64,000 bases of DNA, taken from contig CM022676.1 of NCBI GenBank assembly GCA_012295275.1, forward strand, positions 1,426,001-1,490,000, given 5' to 3'. This stretch comes from Chrysomallon squamiferum. Taxonomy: Eukaryota > Animalia > Mollusca. Positions 1 through 12,005 of the stretch are shown in pieces. The position numbers and the translations under genes are program-made. Below the pieces are notes generated by a model. The model was not told the origin of the DNA, searched no databases, and was given only the letters and a program-made list of their open reading frames with translations. Within the stretch, counting starts at the first letter, position 1. The number at the start of each line of letters is the position of its first letter.

Positions 1-283
1 GCTCGATCAGTATAGAATTCCTATGGGATACTTGACACATAGGATCAAACCTCTTTAGTGGCCCCATTATGGTTTTGGTGTGTGTAAGTGTGTGTTTGAC
101 AGTGGAGGCTTTGAAGATGAATTCTATTTTGTATGGCTTGTTCATTTTATAATCATATTTAAAGAAATATTTATATATAAGACCATCTACTTTTAATATA
201 ATCAATATTTTTACTTCAGAAAATATAAAAGCTTTAAGGAATCTTGATAAATATATAATTTAATTTGTAACTACGTATATATA

Positions 284-1725
284 TAGTCTACCAAAAAAGA
301 AATGCAAAATGGTTGATTTCTTAGATAACTATTGTAAACTGACACATATCGATGTACAAACTATGAATATAATGACATTTGGTGATTTAAATGTACAGCT
401 TTTGTTACAGTCGCCAAAAAGCAATAAATAAAGGCTATGATCATGTTTATTAGCCAAAACGTCCCCCATGCAAACCACGTTACCAGTGCATGTTCACGTG
501 CAGCACATCAAACTTGAATATGAGGGTTATAAAAATGCAAGATTTTGGAATACTTCTGTTCATTATTTTTGTTCTGACCCAACATCAAACAAATGCCACA
601 ACTGAGTGAACGCATCAAAACAACACCATTGGCCATTTACAAGCTGGCGAATCCTTCTTGGCCATAGCCCAGGTGTTCCATGTATCCCCAAGCACCATCT
701 TGAGAATGTGGTATGGGTTCCAGCAACACCAAACAACACATGACTGTCCCAGATCAGGTAGACCACGTGAAACCACCAGGGCCCAGGCCCACTACATACG
801 GGTACTTCATCTACAGGAAAGAACCATAACAGCAACCTCTACTGCTTCAGGAATACCAGGTCTGCTTAGATTATCAGCTCAGACAGTGCGTAATCGTTTA
901 TGCGAGGCAGGTATTCGAGCCAGACGGCCTGTAAGAAGAGTGGTTTTGACTAAACAACATCATCGACTACAACATCAGTGGTGTCAAGTGCACAGAATCT
1001 GGCCTCAATTACGATGGAAAACTATCTCGATTTCTGCTTCGTCGAGTTTACAGACATTGTGGTGAATGTTTTGCTGCAAACTGCATACAGGAAGCGGACA
1101 GATTTGGCTGTGGTAGTGTGATGGTGTGGGCAGCAATCTCATACACTGGCAGGACCAATCTGGTTCACATCCAAGGCAACTTAACGGCACAGAGATACCG
1201 AGATGAAATTATGCAGCCACGTGTTGCTCCAATTATGAATATGGTAACACTGTATTCCAGCACGTCAATGCGAGTCCACATACAGCCAGACTCACTACAA
1301 CATACACAACAACATTCAGGTCCTGCCCTGGCCCTCTAAATATCCTGATCTAAACCCTATAGAGCATTTATGGGATGAGTTGGATAAACGACTGAGGCAG
1401 CACCAACCACAGCCACAGAATTGTGCTCAGTTGGCATTATTACTACAGAGTGGGCCACCATTCCACAAGGTGTAATTCATAATGTCATTACTGCCATGGG
1501 AAGGATATGTCAGGCAGTTCTGGACTCCCATGGTGGGCACACAAGGTATTGATATTATACTGTTATAACCTTGAACTTTAACCTTTTCAATACAATATCA
1601 TCAATATTAATGAATTGCGAAAGTGTGTGTAAAATGTGAACATTCTGCTGCATTTTGTTGATCCATTTGATAGATATTCCCAATGTCAATAAAATCTACC
1701 TTTGCGTTTCTTTTTTGTAAGAGTA
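284..1725 (+). mobile_element. Tc1/mariner DNA transposon, decayed full-length copy
   Basis: Imperfect TIRs: left TAGTCTACCAAAAAAGAAATGCAAAATGGTTGATTT (~284-319); reverse complement of right TACTCTTACAAAAAAGAAACGCAAAGGTAGATTTT (~1691-1725). TA flanks both ends. Internal Tc1-type transposase remnant. Confidence 0.9.
593..1552 (+). pseudogene. Tc1-type DDE transposase pseudogene (frameshifted)
   Basis: Motifs across frames: PRSGRPRETT, SAQTVRNRL..AGIRARRP, VMVWAAISYTG, FQH(V)NASPHTA (catalytic D apparently replaced), [23 protein letters not shown] and terminal GHTRY*. Several frameshifts. Confidence 0.9.
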
Positions 1726-2592
1726 TATACACACACACAAACACACATATATGTACTTATATATACATATATATATATACATACATATATACATATAAAT
1801 ATATATATATAACAACTATATGTTTATATTTTTATTATCCTAATTCTTACATTTCATTTTTTTATTTTTCCTGTATTTGTATACTGTAACCTATTACACA
1901 ACTGTTTGTGTTTTATAACTGTATTCTTGTCTGTTCTGTGTTTATAGCTGACTTTGGCAAATAAATAAACTAAACTGAAATTGTATTGTAGTAATAGTAG
2001 TAGTAATAGCTGCAGGTACAGTATCATCTCATTGTTACCTTTTGACTGTGTACACCATCAACCAGGTAAAACAGCATTTAAGAAGTACTGGGACATCAAC
2101 AGATCATCACTGGTACACTTCAGCTTGTCGACACAAATTTAAGATCATTAATACAAGTTGTTGACTTCATGGGCCATGATCTCTGCCTCCATGTCAAAGA
2201 GAGATTCAAGTTTCTGAATACTTGCATTGCGCGACAGTTGAATGCATACACAGTCCTTGCACAATGATCAGCTAGCTGGAGTGAAAGTGTGTTTATATGT
2301 GACAAGGAAATATATTGTTCTTTACATTAAAAAGAAATGAATGTTTTAGAAATTAATGTAAAAGTTGAAATTAAAACTGGATTCAAAAGTGGAGATACAT
2401 GTTAAATATTGTAATGAGAAATGTTATTTCATGTTAATCATTTCGTATTTAATAATCTCTTGCTCTTTCGCTCTCTATCTTTCTGTATATGTAATACACA
2501 CACACACATCAGTAACTACATTTTTTGTTAACTTTATTGTTGTTCTTTTCTTTATAAATACATACATAGATTTTATTCAAACATCTATATTA

Positions 2593-2596
<4 letters not shown>

Positions 2597-2661
<65 letters not shown>
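2597..2661. repeat. (GA)n microsatellite
   Basis: Perfect GA run. Confidence 0.95.
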
Positions 2662-2665
<4 letters not shown>

Positions 2666-3014
2666 AAGATATGGAGAACATAAAGAAACTTTATAGAGAT
2701 ATAGAAAGAGCTGTGAACTGTGATTAATTCACTACTACATACCATATAATCACTCACCATGACCTTTCAACATGGCTGCAATGTCAAGGACATCACCTAG
2801 TGACAGTGTCAGAAGGTGACTGTTTCCTTTATCTGTGAGAATGGCTGGACAATGCATCATATTACCCAGCATTCCTAGAGGAAGATAAATAAATAAATAA
2901 ATGAGATAACAAATTTCAATAAATATGAACCATATAAATGTTAAAAATAAAAAATAACTATAACTGTTTTCCAGGATGTCCTCCAAGTGCTGTCAGTTTA
3001 ATCAGGAAGCTGTC

Positions 3015-3184
3015 TGCACCTTCAAAGTCCCCTTCCCCTTCCCTTCCCATTCCTTTTCCCCCTTTTTCCCTTCCCTCTCCTGTCCCGGAACCCATCCCTG
3101 GCGATCCCAGAGATCGGATCCGTGATAGGCGTGCCCGAACCTTGAATTGGACGTGGGCACGTAAAAAGAGTTATCCATCCATCC
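3015..3184 (+). mobile_element. 5'-truncated 3'-tail copy of the adjacent LINE family
   Basis: Near-identical to 10399-10568: polypyrimidine tract, GCGTGCCC...GGGCACGT stem and (CCAT)n tail. TGCACCTTC microhomology to the host at the 5' junction. Confidence 0.85.
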
Positions 3185-4020
3185 AACTAAGAAACGACAG
3201 ATTAGCTCAGACGTTTCCGTAATCAGATTAGCTCAGCCACAGATTCGCTCACAGATTTTGAGAGATTAGGTCAGATCACTCGCCAAAAAACATCGTTGGA
3301 TTACTCTTGTTTTATTCTCGCTACACTAGTTCACTTGTTTTGCCTGGGATTTCGTTTCATTCTTTTGTGCAGTTATCAGGAATATTTGTTCACTATTTTT
3401 TACTCGTACTTTCATACTTGGGATTACGTGATCACTTATTTTTGTACCGTGTAAATGCGACGGAATCGAAAACCAACCAATCGTCTAACAGATCTCTGCT
3501 CATAAACCATTGGCGTAGAACGAACCATCAATCAACCAATCGCCATCGAGAGATCTTCGGACACATTCCGACCAATCAACTTCGTAAAAAGAGTTCTCCA
3601 TCCATCCATGCGTTTCTTCGCACTTAGGAATCCATTTTCAATTTCGAACTTCGAACACTGACGAACAACCGACATCAAATTTGGTAAGAAACGGAATGCT
3701 ATCCTCCTCCCAGCACGACACAATTCACTTTCCCAGCACAACATTTTAAATTCCCTCTTGTTACCTCCCTATTTAGTATTTCAACCTCAAACCCTCTCCC
3801 CCAGAGTCCTTGTTAATACTCCAACGCTCATTAATTGTCTATATATATCTGATCGTTATTTAAATGTTATAACGTTTTTTGATTACTAATTTAAATAAAA
3901 AGTATATTAAATTAACTAAAAAAAAAAAAAAAAAAAAAAAAGTTTTAACTGTATTAAAATATTAATTGTAATTATATTAAAAATAAAACAAGCAAGTTAA
4001 CATAGTAAACTAACCATACA

Positions 4021-6012
4021 ATGGCGGACACAACCAAACCAGTCGGAACATCCAATACCGAAGAGGGTTCCCCAAAAACTAGAGGTCAAACAGAAAGGGA
4101 ACTCCCAGACTTCTGTTCTCTCGGCCTCCCAGACGACAACGGAAACACATCTGACGGCTCACTAAACGACGTCATCTACGTGGGACTGGTACAGACGACA
4201 CCTGACGGCTCTCCCTGCCCCGACCTGTCCACTCCCCCAGAATGTCCCCAAACCTGTAACTGGCCCACAAATGTCCCAACCGGACTGACCACCGTTCCGG
4301 AGTCCCCCCAGCCAAAAAATAAAAATAAAAAACGGAAAACCCACCCAACTGTCCCATCTCCCCCAGAACAGCTACCAGACAGCACAGCAAACCGATTTTC
4401 TACCCTGGACATGCTCAACATCGCTGTCCCCCAACAGGGCTCCCATAAATCCCTCAAACTATCCGCCAGTCCTCCTAGACCCGCTAAGTCTCCAATCCCC
4501 GGGCTGAGGCGGGTATTGTTTAACAAAAAAAAACCCGACTCTATACGAAGCTATCTTCTTCCAACAGTCCGTCTCGCGACTGTTGGACGACACATTATTC
4601 CACACCCGGCTGTCTGATGAAATCACCTTCATCAGGGCCGAGTCGGACATCTCACTCACCAACCTGGGTACCAGCATGGAACTGATGCCCAACCCCATAA
4701 AGTGTCAAAATGTGTGCGTCACACTCGCGAGGTGTACAGAGGAACCGCGAGAGAGGAGGGAACCCATCCACGTAAAAAAACCCTATACCCCCATCGAACT
4801 AGGCTACTGTCAAGACCAAAAGAGTAGCAAGGCAATCCATAAACAAATGGACCGGACGGCGGCCTACGGCACCTGGGGGGACTGAACCTTCACTGCAGAA
4901 CCCCTAACCCAGGTAAACACCAAACCCCCAAAAAAGAAACAGAAACCATACACAGAAACAACAAAACAAACACCACACAAAAATGAATTTTTACAAGTAG
5001 CAACCAACACAAACCCGACAATACCCAAACAAAAATACAAACATCGCCACAAAACAAATCCCCCAAAGCCCCCCCCAAATTGTCAAACAACACAGAGGAG
5101 TTTCCGCACCTCACCCTCACACCAGGAAGAACCTGGCCCCGAGAGTTCTTTTACTCGAGCGTGCCACCAACTGCACGGGCAAAATCCATTCCACAACAAC
5201 AAAACAACATTCCACAACAACAAAACAACACCCCACAAAAAGACACTCAATACACAACAAAAACAGTTACAGAAACAGCTACACAAATCCTAAAAATAAT
5301 AAAAGAAGAAAACCCAGAAGTGATGATTCAGACCATCACCATCTGGAGCAACGACTACTGGGATGTGCGTCTGTCTGCCACATCCGTTTCAAACACAAAC
5401 AACTACAACTGCTGACATTCGAAACACAACCCATCAAATGCGCCTAGTGTCAACGATGGGGACACAGTACGAAAAAAATGCAGGTCGTTGAGGGGACACC
5501 CAACGTCTTTCAGGTGTGGGGGCAGACACCCCAAGAAAACGCCAGACAACCCGTGCCGTCAACCCATCCAGTGCGCAAACTGCAACGGCCGACACTACAC
5601 ACACAGCCACCTATGCGCGGCCTACCACAACGCACTGAAACACCTGGAGGCCAAAAACACACACACAGCTAGCCCCCATCACTCATCAGCCACGCACTCA
5701 TACACACCAGCCCCCACGACAGACGCAAAACAAGGACAAATAGGCACAATAACCAACAAAGACAGCCCAGTGACAGCCCTCCAACTACTCAGGGTTGTCA
5801 CTGGCCTATTCCTAGACGGATCCCTGCGGACCCCCAACCCCAACCCCAACTCCAATAGATCGGTTGCAGACATAAAGAAAGCCACTGTGGCAGCATGTCA
5901 AACCCTACAACACCACCTGGGAATACCGCTGGAACTAGAGACTGTGCTCCCACACTCAATCAACTATTACCAAAACAACATCAACACCGAGAACACTAAA
6001 CAAATAAAGTAA
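4021..6012 (+). pseudogene. LINE ORF1 (gag-like, CCHC zinc knuckles), frameshifted
   Basis: PIKCA*CQRWGHSTKK(C), FRCGGRH...C and CANCNGRHYTHSHLC at ~5430-5620. Pro/Thr-rich N-terminus with a KNKNKKRK basic patch. Confidence 0.75.
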
Positions 6013-6075
6013 ATACAATCAAAATACACGCAACAGAACCAATCTCCAAGGCTACCAAACTCCGTCACACCACAC

Positions 6076-9000
6076 ATGGGAGACAAACAAAACATTAAAC
6101 GTAAACAAGCCAAAGGCCTTAACATCCTACAGTGGAATGCCAAAGGCCTCAAAACAGGAGGTCATGGCGAAGAACTCAAACACTACCTAACTAATTCTAA
6201 TATACAGATAGACATAATATACAAGAAACCTGGATCACCAACACACAAACACGGAAGAATCAACTCTTCCAAAACTTTAACATTCCAGGTTTCTATGGTT
6301 TCTTTCACAACACTAATTGCACCACGAGAGGAGGAGTGGCGACTTTTGTCAGAAATGAGCTATCCTACTCACGTATCACACTAACCAACCACCACATCAA
6401 CATAGAGACACTTGGAATATCAATACATGGCCAGGATGAGGACATTAACATTTTTAACTATTACACCCACCCAGGCAAAAATCAATACAACATAACACTC
6501 GAACACTACACTAAAAGCATTCCCTCTAAATATATCGACAACTCCATCATACTAGGGGACTTCAACAGCAAAAACCACCTATGGGGATCCTCTAGTACAG
6601 GCAAACAGGGAATCATCGTCGAAAAATTTATGGATCTTAACAAACATATGTCTGAACGATGGCACGCCAACCTTCCTATCAGACATACACAACACCTGGT
6701 CATGCATTGATATCTCAACAGTGTCTGAAAAAATAGCCTCTAAATGTGAATGGACAGTCCTTAACAATCTCAACAGCGATCACCTACCAATACTCATCGC
6801 ATACAACACACAAAATAACTGGAAAGAGGTACCAATAAACAAACACAAATGGAACTTCACGAAAGCCAACTGGACTGAATTTAAAAAACAATGTCTGGAA
6901 ACAGATCCCAAACTCATTCGAAGCAATAATATCGACACTTTTAACCAAAATTTAACTGACAGAATAACATTGCCTAAAAACTATTCCAATTTCTAACTAT
7001 AAATACAAAAATAATTCAGTCCCTTGGTGGAGTGAAGAACTAAAACTCCTCACAAAGGCACGCAACAAACATCGCAAAACATACCAAAAAAATAACTCAG
7101 CAACCAACCTCGCAAACCTCAAAATCAGTAAAAACAAAGTCTCACAAGCCATGCTACATGCAAAAAAAGAATCATGGAAAACCTTCTGCACCTCTATCAA
7201 CATCAACACATCTAGTAAGGAAATTTGGGCAAAAATCAAACGCATACAAGGGAAACCAATTAACAAGAACACACTACTAGTCCGAAACAAAAACCTCCAT
7301 ACAAACAAAGAGAAGGCCGCTGCTCTGGGAGATGTCTTTAAACACAACTCGAGTACAAACAACTTTCCCCCCAAATTACGAAAAATTTAAAATAAACTAG
7401 AAACAGTCAACAAAATCCCACCTGACTCAAAAACCTCAGGAACGAAATACAATATTCCCTTCACACTCCAAGAAATGACAGCGGCCTTCTCCGACCGTAA
7501 AGGAACAGCCCCCGGGCCAGACAAATTCTCCTACCCTTTCTTTCAAAACATGCCCACAGACATGTTAAATCTATTTCTGGAACTCTATAACACTATCTGG
7601 AAGGAAGGATACCTTCCCCTCAAATGGAAGCATGCTGAAGTCTTCAGCCTTCCAAAACAGGGTAAGGACCTTTCCAACCGCTCCAACTATCGTCCTATCT
7701 CACTAACGTCCTGTGTCTGCAAAACCATGGAGGCTATGGTCAACAAACGCCTAACACACTTTCTGGAAAAAAAAAAAAACTAATTTCGACCTTTCAAAGT
7801 GGCTTCAGAAAGAACCACTCCACAAGCGACCACATAACCAGACTACAGTCTGAAATATCCGAATCTTTATTTACTGGACAAAAAGTGGTAGGAGTGTTTG
7901 TTGACATAGAAAAAGCCTATGATATGGTCTGGAGACATGGTCTTCTAATCAAAGTCTACAACATGGGCATAAGAGGCCCTATGTTCGGCTTTATAAAAGC
8001 ATTCTTGCAAAACAGATCCTTTACGGTCAATGTAGACGAAAACTTCTCAGACAGCTTGGATTTGGAGAATGGGATCCCCCAGGGTTCAGTTATCGCCCCT
8101 ACTCTTTCTAGCATTTTTATTAATGACCTAGCACATAATCTAGCCACTAACTCGAAAACCGCAACTAAGCTTAGTATAGGACTATTTGCGGATGATACAG
8201 CCTTTTGGCGTGCTGGAAACTGTCTTAAACAAATCGAAACAGATATGCAAAAAGACTTAAATAACTTACAAAAATGGGCTGAAACCTGGGGAGTCACTAT
8301 CTCCCAATCCAAGACTGTCGCCATAACCTCTGGGAGACAAGCTAACACTAAACACAATAAAATAGACCTACATTACAACAACACAAAAATCCCACAAGTA
8401 AACGCAGTCAAATTCCTGGGAGTCACCTTCGACAGGTGCCTTACCTTCAAACAACACATCACCAACACAATCAACACATGCACAAAATACATGAACTTAC
8501 TGAAAGTGCTTTCGAACGCCAAATGGGGAGCTGACAGAAAATCTCTCTTGATGGTGTTCGAAGCACTAGTAGTGTCAAGACTCCAGTATGGGTCCCAGGC
8601 GTTCAGCGGTATGTCTGAATACCAACTAAAACGGCTAGACACGGTCTACAACAAGGCACTCAGAATTGTTGCCAGGGTGTTCCCAGGCACACCGACGGAC
8701 AGTCTGTGGAACTGAACATGCTGCCGCTGCGAATCCGACGCAGCACACAGTGTCTCAAACACTGGTTCAAAATCAAAAACCTAATCCCCACCCATCCAAT
8801 AAACACAATAATCCCAAACAAACCCATCAACGACAGAGAAACAACGAAAACAAAAGACTAACCTACTGGACCTAGAACTTGAAAACAACCCTTCACCCTT
8901 AGAACCCCCATGGACAATGAAACAACTAGACATACCTCTAACGCTTAGACAGGAAGTATCGAAGACGGAACACGACCCATTTAAAAACGTAATTTTTAGA

Positions 9001-9937
9001 GCAGCATTAAGCGACCACTACTCGGACTTCGTACAAATATACACAGACGGCTCCAAAGACCCTCTCACGGGAAGAACCGGCATGGCCTTTCATGTCAGGC
9101 CGGACTACCCGACGTACCTTTCAACTATAGAGGTAGACTGACCAACAACCTATCCGTCTTTACTACGGAACTAATAGCTATTCTCTCGGCACTTAAATGG
9201 GTCCTAACTCAAACTTACGAAAAAGAAATACCTCATACTGACTGACTCCCTCAGCTCATTGCAAGCTCTGCATAAACTCAAATTCAGCAGCTCCCAGTAC
9301 ATTAGACAGATCATCGAACTCACAAACTGTATCAACTACAGAGGACACAAGGTTACCTTCGAGTGGGTACCCGCTCACGCGGTTTGTTACTGGAAACGAG
9401 CTGGCAGACAAAAACGCTAAACACTCGCTTGACGACGACACGATCGACTTTGACTCTAAGTACAACGTTAACGAAATCATGACCATAGCGCACAATAAGC
9501 TGATAGAATCGTGGCAACAAGACTGGGACAACAAAACTAGACTATGGCATTACATAATTAAACCGAAAGTAAACTCGCCCTGCCCACTCTCAGACAACAA
9601 CAAAACAACTCAAACTTTAACCCGTCTCAGAGTGGGAGTGACCTTCGGACTAAACGACAGTAGACATAGATTCGACAACACTGTGAGTAACAAGTGCGGC
9701 ACATGCCATAAACTGGACAACGTCAGGCATTATCTTTTCTACTGCACCAAATACGACAAGGACAGACGCAAACTAAACACAGCTTTAACAAACATCAAAG
9801 TCAGATTTACTCCAGCGGACATTTTCATTCCCCAAACACCTAAAAAAACAAGTAGACAACCTGATAATGCGATTCGTGGAAGCAACAAAAATCAAAATAT
9901 AAACACAGACAATTTCACAAAACACTACATAAAATAA
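6076..9937 (+). pseudogene. LINE ORF2 (APE endonuclease, reverse transcriptase, RNase H), frameshifted
   Basis: APE: LNILQWNAKGL, QETW, GGGVATFVR, IILGDFNSKNHLWGS, SDHLPILI. RT: PGPDK, YRPISLTSCVCKTME, QSGFRKNHST, GIPQGSVIAP, FADD, KFLGVTFD. RNase H: IYTDGSKD, TTELIAI, TDSLSSLQAL, WVPAH, GNELADKNAK. C-terminus: CGTC...HYLFYC. Confidence 0.95.
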
Positions 9938-10054
9938 ACGCACCCCAGAACCAACTGGTAACCTCCGTTCGACAGATTTGCGGCCAAACAACTCCAAAAA
10001 CATACAACAACGCGACGCTAACAACAGCAAAAAGGTGCCCGACACGATGACATG

Positions 10055-10102
<48 letters not shown>

Positions 10103-11395
10103 CTTTTTTTTCTTCTCTCTCTCTTTTTTTTTTTTTTTTCTCTCGTTATATAATAGTAAAAATTAAGTAAATAAATAAATAAATAAATATAAATAAATAA
10201 AACCCCTTAAACAATGCCCAATGGATGTATATATGTATATATGTGTGTGTTTATGTATGTGTATGTATGTATATATATCCACATATGTGTACATGTATGT
10301 ATGTGTATGGGCGTGTATATATGTATCTCTACCGCACACTTTTGGATCTTAGTAATTAAAAACCACTCAAAGGTTTATTCCAAATTGCCCACTTCAAATG
10401 CACCTTCGCCGTCCCCTTCCCCTTCCCTTCCCATTCCTTCTCCCCCTTTTCCCTTCCCCTCTCCTGTCCAGGAACCCATCCCTGGCGATCCCAGAGATCG
10501 GATCCGTGATAGGCGTGCCCGAACCTTGAATTGGACGTGGGCACGTAAAAAGAGTTATCCATCCATCCAACTAAGAAACTTCATTTATAAACTGAATTTA
10601 TATTTTAAGGAAGTTATTGGTGTGTGTGTGTGTGTACATTTATTTATAGTCTTAACTCAGAAATAATCAAATTATATTAATTATTTAAAAACATTCCCAA
10701 AATTGAAATCGGTAACAGTTACTTCTAATGAATCAAATGGCTACTACTGACAACAAATGGTTTTCACTTCATCTGTACCAGCTGTTTTCAACCAATCTAA
10801 GTTAATGGTTGCTAGCTGAGTCAGTGACATCAACAAAGGCAGTTGTCCAAAAGTACTTGAGTTTAGTTCTGCTTTTCTTAAACTGACATGTTTCAAGTTT
10901 GTAAATTTCTCTGTGGACAGTTTCTTTGTGAGTAACTTCAGCTTCGTTCATGCCTTACATCAGCCTTTCAACAGAACTCTGATTTGATTCATCTTGATAA
11001 AAATGAAAACAAAAAAATTCCTTTTCATATACATGTGCTGATGCATATTTTACTGTAGATACAGACTAGCACATACATACTCACACATACAAAAAAACAC
11101 TGAGAGAAAAACATAGCAAATACAGAAACACAGAAACAAACACGCTCACTAACCTTAAATACCAACAAGAGATGACATATTCACTGACAGGCTCAGACAC
11201 CCACATCCACACAGAGATTGAGAAAGAAAATACAGATTGAAGAGAGGGTGTTAAGTAGAATGAGGGTGATAAAGATGGGTAAAGAAAGAAAACAGAAAAT
11301 AAAAACAAAGAGATATTTACAGATAGAATATGTAGGAGATAAGATAGGCAGAAAGACAGAGACAGAGAAAAATGCACACATATACTCATATACAT

Positions 11396-11440
<45 letters not shown>

Positions 11441-11623
11441 TTGGATTCTGTTAATGCAAATACTGTTGATGTTGTTGTTATAACAGCTAATGTAACTGTT
11501 TATCATTAACAGCTACTATTACCACTTTCATTATTATCTACTATTTCACTTTTCATCTGAACCAGTAAACTGTTTAAGTTATCAAACTTCTCTCACCGTT
11601 AAAGCAGCAACCAGTCCTTTAAT

Positions 11624-12005
11624 GAGAGCAGTTTTATCAGATAATCCATTACTAGACAGATCTAGTTCTGTGAGTCCTGTGTTTAGTGAGAGCAGTTTTA
11701 TCAGATAATCCATTACTAGACAGATCTAGTTCTGTGAGTCCTGTGTTTAGTGAGAGCAGTTTTATCAGATAATCCATTACTAGACAGATCTAGTTCTGTG
11801 AGTCCTGTGTTTAGTGAGAGCAGTTTTATCAGATAATCCATTACTAGACAGATCTAGTTCTGTGAGTCCTGTGTTTAGTGAGAGCAGTTTTATCAGATAA
11901 TCCATTACTAGACAGATCTAGTTCTGTGAGTCCAGTGTTTAGTGAGAGCAGTTTTATCAGATAATCCATTACTAGACAGATCTAGTTCTGTGAGTCCAGT
12001 GTTTT
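11624..12005. repeat. 64-bp tandem repeat, 6 copies, inside an LRR exon
   Basis: ATAATCCATT recurs at 11641, 11705, 11769, 11833, 11897 and 11961 (period 64). The minus-strand unit encodes NTGLTELDLSSNGLSDKTAL. Confidence 0.95.

Larger units (their letters stand above)
3196..10568 (+). mobile_element. Near full-length non-LTR retrotransposon, I group (I/Nimb-like; APE-RT-RNase H)
   Basis: Flanked by direct repeat AACTAAGAAAC (3185-3195 and 10569-10579). ORF1 with CCHC knuckles; ORF2 with APE, RT, RNase H and a C-terminal Cys motif. Ends in a 3' stem-loop and CCATCCATCC tail. Confidence 0.92.

Noticed and set aside
2938-3222. ORFs sharing PSPSLPIP...RARTLNWTWARKK (also 10214-10666)
   Set aside because: Translation of the duplicated LINE 3' UTR, not a protein domain.
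3090-3290. Self-cleaving ribozyme (hammerhead or HDV-like) at the LINE boundary
   Set aside because: No CTGATGA...GAAA core, and I could not build an HDV nested pseudoknot by eye. A covariance-model search would be needed to exclude it fully.
3015-10579. LTR retrotransposon, DIRS or Penelope interpretation of the terminal direct repeats
   Set aside because: No TG...CA ends, PBS, integrase, tyrosine recombinase or GIY-YIG domain. ORF2 is APE-RT-RNase H, which is non-LTR.
11624-12005. CRISPR-like regular repeats
   Set aside because: Head-to-tail 64-bp units with no unique spacers, no cas genes and a eukaryotic context.
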